NCBI GenBank assembly: GCA_001600695.1 | Contig: BCKQ01000003.1 | Coordinates: 714,003 to 778,002, forward strand | Length of the DNA: 64,000 nucleotides | Direction of reading: 5' to 3' | From: Ascoidea asiatica JCM 7603 | Lineage: Eukaryota; Fungi; Ascomycota | Part shown: piece by piece, positions 12,491 to 20,857 of the stretch | Numbering within the stretch: the first letter of the stretch is position 1 | How the letters are laid out: each line of letters starts with the position of its first letter | Translations under genes and position numbers: made by a program | The notes under the pieces: model-generated | Seen by the model: only the letters and a program-made list of their open reading frames with translations | Told to the model about the DNA's origin: nothing | Databases searched by the model: none

Positions 12491-13240
12491 TTATTGTATA
12501 ATACATTGTTTAGAAGATTTTGAAGAATCTAAAGAATTATTTTTATTAGTATTTGAATTAATATTATCATTTTTATCAATTGTATTTAAAATTAAATGAA
12601 AAGCTTCTTGAACATTTATATTATCTTTTACAGAAACTTCAATAAATGGAATATTTAAATCATTTGCTAATTGTTGACCTTCTAATTTAGTAACTTGTCT
12701 ATTTTGATTTAAATCAATTTTATTACCAATTATAATCATTGAAATATTTTGATTTGAATTTTGATTTAAATTGTCATTAAAGTTATTATTATTGATTTCA
12801 TTATTATTAAATTCATTAAATTCATTAAATTCATTAAGATTATTATTATTATTATTATTATTATTATTGTTATTTGAGAAATTATTTTGATCAGTATTAT
12901 TATTTAATTCAAAAGGTATAACTGAATTTATAATTTTATCTTTTATAATCTCAATCATTTCAAAACTTTTTCTTGAAGTTATTGAATAAACTAATAAATA
13001 ACCATGAATACCAATTAAATGTCTATCATTCATCATTGAATATTCATCTTGACCAGCAGTATCTAAAATTTCAATATTATATAATATATTATTAAAATTT
13101 AAATCTTTTGAGAAATTATTTTCAATTGTTGGATAATATATATCAATAAATTTTTCTTCAGTAAATCTTGTTGATAATGAAGATTTTCCAACACCTCTTG
13201 AACCTGCTAAAGCTAATTTACGTGAAATTGAATTTGACAT
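12491..13240 (-). CDS. RHB1: Rheb small GTPase
   Basis: GSRGVGKS with the Rheb-specific Arg, YYPTIEN, DTAGQDEYS, IGIHGY, GNKID, and CaaX box CIIQ; Asn-rich insertion before G4. Confidence 0.93.
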   Translation of the reverse strand: MSNSISRKLALAGSRGVGKSSLSTRFTEEKFIDIYYPTIENNFSKDLNFNNILYNIEILDTAGQDEYSMMNDRHLIGIHGYLLVYSITSRKSFEMIEIIKDKIINSVIPFELNNNTDQNNFSNNNNNNNNNNNNLNEFNEFNEFNNNEINNNNFNDNLNQNSNQNISMIIIGNKIDLNQNRQVTKLEGQQLANDLNIPFIEVSVKDNINVQEAFHLILNTIDKNDNINSNTNKNNSLDSSKSSKQCIIQ

Positions 13241-14177
13241 TTATGAAATTATTGATGATAAAATGAGATAAAATGAGATAAAATAAAATATAATAAGATA
13301 TAATAAGATATAATAGGATATAATATAGTAGGATATGATTTTGAATATTACATCAAGTTGAATACTGATTAATATTAAGTATTATTATAGTACAGAAGTA
13401 ATAAGATGATAAGTTAGTAAGTTTATAAGCAAGTAAATAAACAATTAAATAAATAATAATCTAATATAAATAAAGGAAATCTAAAAGAATAATAAAACGA
13501 TAATCACTTAGATATATAATTATTTAGAGTATATTTATTTATTGATAATTTTATATAATCATCGAATAAAGATTTAATATTTAAGCGTAAATTAATTAAT
13601 TCTCAAAAATTGATAATTTGGTATTTTTTTAATATTTTTTGAATTATTTTAAGATATATTTAATAGGCTTTTGAATTTTTTGTAGTTTTTATATAAAATT
13701 TTGAATTTTATTATTTATTTTTATTATCTTTTATCCATGATTTATTGATTATTTTATCACTTATTATTTATTTATTATTTAGTGTTCTTTATATTTATTT
13801 TATATTTAACGGTCAAGGTTAAAATGCAGAAAAGGAGATAAATCAAGCGTGGACAAGAAAGAAAGTGAAAGAAAGCGAATCTTGTCCTGATATCGGCGCA
13901 TAAGCTACCACCAACGCGTTAACCAGCACAGATCCCAAATTGCGTGAAGTATCTCTGTCTGTGTGTTTCTCGAAAAAAAACCAGCCAATCACAGAAACGC
14001 GCCAAAACTCTGCCCAGCCAAAGAAGTCCCGCTGAAGAAGTGTCCCGCTGAAAGAGGTCGTCAAGTCTACCTGGAATGGGGACAGGAAATCACATGCTTA
14101 GGACGTGCAAAAAAAAGAAGAAAATTAAACGAGATGAATAAGCGATACAAGAACCAGCACACAGACGAGTGAAAATG

Positions 14178-14219
14178 GACTCGATTGACTCGATTGACTC
14201 GATTGACTTTATTGACTCA
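14178..14219. repeat. 9-bp tandem repeat (GACTCGATT)x3 plus degenerate units, ending in a perfect TGACTCA
   Basis: Directly visible; lies in the divergent RHB1 / AEC-transporter promoter. Confidence 0.85.
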
Positions 14220-15376
14220 GATGACTGTGGTGAACGATCCAAAGTGTTGATCTAGAACTGATTCATCTGACTGTTCTGATTGGTTCTGAGTCAGGCTCTG
14301 ATTCAAATCCAAAAGCTTTGAAGAGTATCACGTGCCATATTTGGTAGAGCCAAATAAAGCCAAGGGAGGCGGATATCGAGGCGAGTATAGAGGCTGAAGA
14401 GCAGAGGTATGTGACGGTGCACCGATGCGAGCCCAGGGAACGTGCTTGAAAATATCCAGTCACATGACCGTTGTTGCTGGAGTTGAAGTGATTGTTTATG
14501 TTTATGCTTTGTTTATGTTTATTTGAAGCCTTGTGCCAGAAAGGGGCGCGTTTTTATGTGGCGCAGCATATCTGTCTGGCCCTGGTCACGGGTGCGTGTC
14601 ACAGGTTACAATGGTGGATATCGGAGCGGGTGCCGTTTCTACAAATAAATCGGTTTTTATATTCAGAAAAAACATTTTTAGAGCTTTTTCAAACCTCTTT
14701 TAGATCAATTCTAAAGCAAATATGAAAAAAATAGGATGAAGATAAACAAGAGCAGATAAAGAAAATTACAAGATACTGAAAATATGAAGCTAAGAGAAGA
14801 ACATGAGAAAAATATGAAGACAATAATAGTATGAAGAAGCTAAAAGTAGAGTATGTTGTTCTGTTCTGTTCTGTTCTATTCTTTTATCGGATGGCATTTC
14901 CCTCAAAAGATAACGATAGAACATATTTTATCACTTTTGTTAATTATGCTGTGGTGGAGCACTTCTTGTGCCATGTATTGTGATGTTGGACAAGAAAATG
15001 CATTCTAAAAATCGTATCAGGTTAATTTATTTATTTTATTTATTTTCTCAATAAAATTTATTATTATTATTTTTATTGTTTTTTATCTAATTCAATTCCT
15101 TTAAATTTAATCCAATTCAATTCAATTCCATTCATTTGATCTCGATATATTTCAATTGGTCTTTGATAACGTTTTATATTTGCCACAGATTCAATATAAA
15201 TACTTTTTTGTTTCCTCAAATTCCGTATAATATATTATTCAATACATCTATATCATAATATATCTTATAATATACCTTATAATATATAATATAATATAAT
15301 ATAATATCATATCATATCATATCATATCATAAAATATCATACAGTAAAATAATTTATTGTCAAATTAATCTATTCA

Positions 15377-16249
15377 ATGTCAAATTTATCTTATTTTCAA
15401 ATTGCTTTTTTAACTTTTCAAGCAACTGTTGAAGTTATATTAATTTCTTTAACTGGTTATATATGTGCAAAAAAAAATTTATTAAATCCAAAATTTCAAA
15501 AAAATTTATCAAAATTAAATGTTGATTTATTTACTCCATGTCTTATTTTTTCAAAATTAGCTCCATCTTTATCATTAAAAAAATTAATTGAAATTTCAAT
15601 AATTCCAATTTTTTATATAATTTCAACTTTAATTACATTCTCATGTTCTTTATTAATTTCTTCAAGATTTTGTTTAAATATTAAAAAAATTTCTGAAAAA
15701 AATTTTATAACTGCAATGTCTGTATTTGGTAATTCAAATTCTTTACCAGTTTCTTTAACTGTAGCTTTAGCTTATTCTTTACCTTTAAAAGAATTATCAT
15801 GGATTGATATTGATGATGATACCGCTGATAAAATTGCTTCAAGAGGTATTCTTTATCTTTTAATCTTTCAACAATTAGGTCAAGTTTTAAGATGGTCTTG
15901 GGGTTATAATACTCTTTTAAAAAAAAGATCTTATGAAGAATTATACCTTCCATTAAATTCAAGTGAAAATGAAAATGAAAATGAAAATAATACTCAAAAT
16001 GATATAGAAAATAATAATATTATTGAAAATGATATATCTCAATCCAATTCACGTTCATTACTATCTTCTTCTTCTCTATTAACTATCCCTTATAAAGATG
16101 ATCCAATAAGTAATAATAATAGTCTTTCAAAAATGAAATCTTTAAATTTTACAAGTGAAACTCAATGTTTGTTATCTTCAAATACTAATTCTCCAAATGA
16201 TACTGATAATGATATTCAAAGTAATATTTCAAATAATTTCTCAAATGAC

Positions 16250-16281
<32 letters not shown>

Positions 16282-16870
16282 AATTAATGTTCAAAATGAA
16301 CTTAAAACTAAAATAATTAATATTTTCAATGGTTTCTTATCATTTATGAATCCTCCATTATGGTCAATGTTATTTGCAGTAATTGTAGCTTCAATACCTT
16401 TTTTACATAATTTATTTTATGTTAATACTGATGGTTTTGTTGCAAATACTTTAGCATTAGCTATAAAACAATTAGGTTCAGTTTCAATTCCATTAATTTT
16501 AATTGTTTTAGGTGCAAATTTATATCCATCACCAGAAATTAAACCAGCTACACCAAATTATAAAAAATTAATTTTTGGTTCATTAATTTCAAGAATGATT
16601 TTACCATCATTTTTTTTATTACCTTTAATTACTTTAGCTGTTAAATTTTTACCATTTTCAATTTTAGATGATCCAATTTTTTTAATTGTTTCTTTTGTAT
16701 TAACAATTTCTCCACCTGCAATTCAATTATCTCAAATTTGTCAATTAAATCAAATTTATGAAAAAGAAATGGCTGGAGTTTTATTTTGGGGTTATGTTGT
16801 TTTAACTTTACCAACAACAATATTTATAGTTGTTGCAAGTTTAAAAGTTTTAAATTGGTCAACTACATAA
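15377..16870 (+). CDS. Auxin efflux carrier (AEC/PILS, Mem_trans) family membrane transporter, YBR287W-like
   Basis: Two hydrophobic multi-helix halves around a hydrophilic loop; motifs NVDLFTPCLIFSKL, FGNSNSLP, RGILYLLIFQQLGQVLRWSWGY, FMNPPLW, PPAIQL. Confidence 0.88.
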
Positions 16871-17490
16871 ATCTCATCTATTATTTCATCCTTTATCTAA
16901 TTATTCTTTCATTTTTTTTTTTTTTTTTTTTTTCTTTAATTCATTCATTTTTAAGATATTTATTTTTTTAATTCTTTTTTCTCAATTCATATATTTTTTC
17001 ATTCACATACTCAAAAATCTTTTTATATATAAACCATTATCAACCCATTATCTAATTATCAGCTTTTCTCTTTATATAATTGTATCAATATACTTTGTAC
17101 TGTATTTTTTTTGTAATAAAAAGCATCAATAGAATAAACAAAATAAAATTCATAAAACCCACGCCTATGGGTCCAGTAGTAGAATGTATTGGTGTACGTT
17201 CAGAAGCATTCAGCAGTTGATCCATAGTCACGGTTCTATTAGACTGGTTTCGGAACAGCAGCAGCAGTGATAGCGTTAAGGATATAATTGAGTAGGAACT
17301 GTGGGATAATATATAGCAAATGGTAAAGATAACATAATATAATATTATATTATTGATAAAATTTTAATATAGTTTCAAAATTAATAGGATATAAACATAT
17401 AAGACATCAATATTCAATATAGCATATAATCTCTTATTCAATCAAGAAATAAGCAAATTCAAACTAATATAATACATAAATAAAAGAAAT

Positions 17491-18021
17491 ATGGCAACAG
17501 TAAGTCCCTTGACGAAAATAATATTCTTATCAATCATACTATCCATTGGATTTTTATTGATTATTTTAAGTAGTGCCTTATTTAATAATTGGAAACCATT
17601 ATTTGTCAGTAAGTAAAAAAAAAATTTGAAAAGATAATACAAAAATGATATAATTTTTTAAACAATAATATTTCAAAATATATAAGTCAGAGAATTAAAA
17701 ATTACTAATCAAATTTTTATATTTTATAATAAAGTTGGTATATTTTTATTAGCGCCTTTACCAAATGCAATATTTGGTAATATTGAAACAAATGATTTTA
17801 TGTCAGATAATTCAAATGATAGTGCAATAAAAGATTTTGGAAAATTTTTAACTGGATTTTTTATAATTAGTGGATTATCATTACCAATTGTATTTTATCA
17901 TTCATTATTAATAACTTTTAGTTCAATGATAATGAGTATGACTGGTGGTTTAATTGTTTATGGTTCTATAGTTTCTTTTGGTTTATTTTTCCATGAAAGT
18001 AATGATGATGATCAATTTTAA
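17491..18021 (+). CDS. VPS55: Vps55 (OB-RGRP family) endosomal membrane protein; exons 17491..17608 + 17735..18021 (134 aa)
   Basis: Exon 1 MATVSPLTKIIFLSIILSIGFLLIILSSALFNNWKPLFV splices in frame to IGIFLLAPLPNAIF...DFGKFLTGFFIISGLSLP, matching Vps55. Confidence 0.92.
17609..17734 (+). other. Spliceosomal intron of VPS55 (126 nt)
   Basis: GTAAGT donor at 17609, TACTAAT at 17703-17709, AAG acceptor ending 17734; splicing restores the conserved reading frame. Confidence 0.88.
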
Positions 18022-18328
18022 TCAGTTTTATTGATTTAATTAAATAAATTTCAATAACATATTTTAATATTTACATAATTATACGTCTAAAAAATGTATT
18101 TTATATCAATTTCATATTAACTATTTCTTTTCAACTGAAGATTATAAATAAACAACAAAAATCAAGTTTGAATAAAAAACAAAGCACTTGACTTAAAAAA
18201 GGAGTCTCTGATAAGATTTTTGAAAGCGAGGCAACGGACAAGGCGGGGTAAGCCAGAATCAAAATGGAATATAAGTATTAACTGTTGTTACCTTTATTTT
18301 TTTATCGTTTTATACCTTTTTTTGTTTC

Positions 18329-18699
18329 GTCGAGACACTCAGAGAGTAGTTTGCAATATGGTTTTAAAGATTTAATTGATTGAATCAATCAAAGGTTATC
18401 AGTATTACTAACAAAGTCATTAATACTTCAATCATTTGTATAGGTCACGTCTTACTTTGATCCCTGAATAGAGCCATCGAATCCAACTTGGACAATAAGA
18501 TGAAAATCAATGTTTTGGTTGAATGAGAATAACAGATAAACTATTATTCTATATTGGTTTTATAATTTATTTTTTAACTGTAAGTAAATTCAATGTTGTG
18601 AAGGTGTTGAGGAAAGAGCAATGATTTTAACCTTTTATTTTAAACTTTTTTGGATGGAGCAATTATAAGAATAAATAACAATAGCAGACTGACCAAGTT
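18329..18699 (+). ncRNA. SNR17: U3 snoRNA homologue (divergent copy or pseudogene), probably with an intron or intron relic at ~18346..18431
   Basis: 18431-18491 ATCATTTGTATAGGTCACGTCTTACTTTGATCCCTGAATAGAGCCATCGAATCCAACTTGG aligns without gaps to the S. cerevisiae U3 box A/hinge region as I recall it (ATCATTTCTATAGGAATCGTCACTCTTTGACTCTTCAAAAGAGCCACTGAATCCAACTTGG). C'-like GATGA ~18499, B-like GAATGAG 18521, C-like GCAATGAT 18618, box D CTGA 18689-18692, and a perfect terminal stem AACTTGG(18485-91)/CCAAGTT(18693-99). U3-like 5' end GTCGAG at 18329. The 5' boundary is uncertain. Confidence 0.82.
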
Positions 18700-19284
18700 T
18701 CAAATAACGTTTATTTTTTGTGATTTGATTTAAACTGTTTAGATCAAATTGGAAAAATATGTTAAACAATGTTTAGCAAATTGAAGAAAGTTTCTATTAT
18801 GATTAGTTATTAGTTTGATTGCTCATTTTCTAGCAAGTTTAAAATTTAATTATTTGAATTTATATTTAAGTTGAAATTGTTTTTTTCATTTAATGAGCAA
18901 TCATAAAATATGTAAAATTTGTATATAAAGCTTCATTGATGTGCTTAAATTAAAACTTCTCAATTGTATAATTGTGTAATTGTATAATTTTATTTCCATT
19001 TTCTGAGTGGGCTCGGAAGTGTCGGAAACACCGGCAAGGGCAGCTTAAAATCTGCATCTTCGAAGACACGTGACTGTTTGGTCTCCTTGAACACTGAAAC
19101 TTGCCCACAGACTGTTTCTTATCTATTCTTGTTCTTCTATTCTTGTTCTTCTATTCTTGTTATATTTTGTTTTATTTATTTTAATACTTCTATCATATAG
19201 TCAATAATCCATAATCAATAAACAATAATTAATCTTGAATTTCATATAATATATTAAAGTACTAATAATTGTAATAAATTAAAA

Positions 19285-20373
19285 ATGGGTATGATTTCAA
19301 ACAACGATAAAAGTGAAAATGAAGAATCTAAAGAAATTATTAATTCTTATGATGAAAAAAGTTTGATTGATAATGTTAATGATAATGATAATGTTAATGA
19401 TAATAAATCTTCTGATGAATTTTATAATAATTTAAAAGATGCTGAAGAATCTCTTAGAAAAGTTTGGGGTTCTGCAGGTTCAATTGCAAATTCTTTTGCA
19501 GGTGATATATTTAATGATGTTTTAAATCATGCAAATGTAATTAAATCAAATTGGTTTGATAATGATATTGATATTGATAATAATATTGATAACAATATTG
19601 ATAATACTTTTAATAATGAAAATACTTTAAATAATAATAATGAAATTAATGAAATTAATGAAATTAATGAAATTAATAAAATTAATGAAATTTTTTCATT
19701 TAATAACAAAATTCCATTTTTTTCATTTAATAATTTTAATCATGGTAAAAATAAATATGGTTATTGGTCATATCCAGTACCTTCAATAGATATTTATAAT
19801 TCTTGTAAAATTAAAAATGGTAAATATGGTTGGGATAAAAATGGTATTTGGAGATGTTTATTTCCAAATTTATTATCAAATGATTTAAATTTAAATAAAA
19901 ATAATGAAATTTTTTTATTTAATAATTTTAATGATTATTTAAATTGGAAATTAAAAATGATTGATAATGATAAAAAAGAAAAAGAATTAAAAAGAATAGA
20001 AGAAAAAAAAAATTTAAATGATTTATATAATTTAGAAAATTCAAATTCAAATTCAAATTCAAATTCAAATTCAAATTCAAATTCAAATTTAAATTCAAAA
20101 TCAGTTACTGGTTCTTCATATTCTTCATATTCAAAAACTTTAGATGATGGTTCAATTGAAAATTTAATTAAAGTTAAAAAATGGTTTAATGATGGTACTA
20201 CAGAAATTAAAAATACTAAAAAAATTATTCCTAAAAATGGTTCAAAACCACAAATCTTTGAAGATATCAAAATTTTACCTCCAAAAAGTAAACATTCTTG
20301 GTTTTGGAATTCAGAAAATGGTACTACTAATAATGATAATAATAATGATAATAATAATGATAATGATGATTAA
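19285..20373 (+). CDS. MPM1: Mpm1-like (mitochondrial peculiar membrane protein 1 family) protein
   Basis: The block YPVPS...C..KNG..GWDKNGIWRCLFP...LFNNFNDYLNWK resembles the Mpm1 family signature; the rest is low complexity. Promoter has CACGTGAC at ~19067. Confidence 0.6.
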   Translation: MGMISNNDKSENEESKEIINSYDEKSLIDNVNDNDNVNDNKSSDEFYNNLKDAEESLRKVWGSAGSIANSFAGDIFNDVLNHANVIKSNWFDNDIDIDNNIDNNIDNTFNNENTLNNNNEINEINEINEINKINEIFSFNNKIPFFSFNNFNHGKNKYGYWSYPVPSIDIYNSCKIKNGKYGWDKNGIWRCLFPNLLSNDLNLNKNNEIFLFNNFNDYLNWKLKMIDNDKKEKELKRIEEKKNLNDLYNLENSNSNSNSNSNSNSNSNLNSKSVTGSSYSSYSKTLDDGSIENLIKVKKWFNDGTTEIKNTKKIIPKNGSKPQIFEDIKILPPKSKHSWFWNSENGTTNNDNNNDNNNDNDD

Positions 20374-20560
20374 TTTCAATCTCATACTCTTATTTTCTTC
20401 TCTTCTCTTTCTTCTCTTCTTTTTTGTATCTATATCTCTTATATAATTAATAAAATGACTTTAATGAACTTTAATAAACCTTAATAACAAATAACAAATA
20501 AAACGTAAAACATCTTCGTGTTGTTGCTGAACCGAGTTCATTAAACAATAAAAAAAGAAA

Positions 20561-20664
20561 TGCTCTGGGGGAGGCTCGAACTCCCGGCCTTCAGCACACC
20601 CACAACACTGGTAGTATTAGAATTGTTATGAGGCTGACGCTCTAGCCAACTGAGCCACCAAAGC
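20561..20664 (-). tRNA. tRNA-Met(CAT), elongator type, with a 30-nt intron (20597..20626)
   Basis: Minus strand GCTTTGG TG GCTCAGTTGGCTAGAGC G TCAGC CTCATA[intron]T GCTGA AGGCC GGGAG TTCGAGC CTCCC CCAGAGC A forms a full cloverleaf. A and B boxes are intact, intron GTTGTGGG pairs with the anticodon loop, and a T-run terminator follows. G1:C72 and GTTC indicate elongator rather than initiator. Confidence 0.95.
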
Positions 20665-20857
20665 AAAGTGTTACAGTAAACACCCGTCCAACTATTCAAT
20701 CAGAAATGGGAAATTTGTAAATTACAACATAATATATATCACTACCATATTTTTTTTAACCTTTATATATAGTATATAATATACCATACCCATCTACTCT
20801 ACTCTACTCTACTCTACTACTTTCTAGTTATTTATTTTATATTATATTATATTATAT

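Noticed and set aside
13365-13419. Minus-strand TACTAAC upstream of RHB1 (possible 5' UTR intron); similar lone matches at ~6994 and ~60666
   Set aside because: I found no GTAAGT/GTATGT donor upstream on the same strand.
14459-14468. GTCACATG as CDEI of a point centromere
   Set aside because: Not followed by an AT-rich CDEII and CDEIII; more simply a bHLH-type site.
13843-14725. Small ORFs in the GC-rich island between RHB1 and the AEC transporter (also 8999-9241, 36441-36677, 52800-53066)
   Set aside because: Mostly non-ATG starts, atypical codon use, and coincide with TF-site-rich promoter cores.
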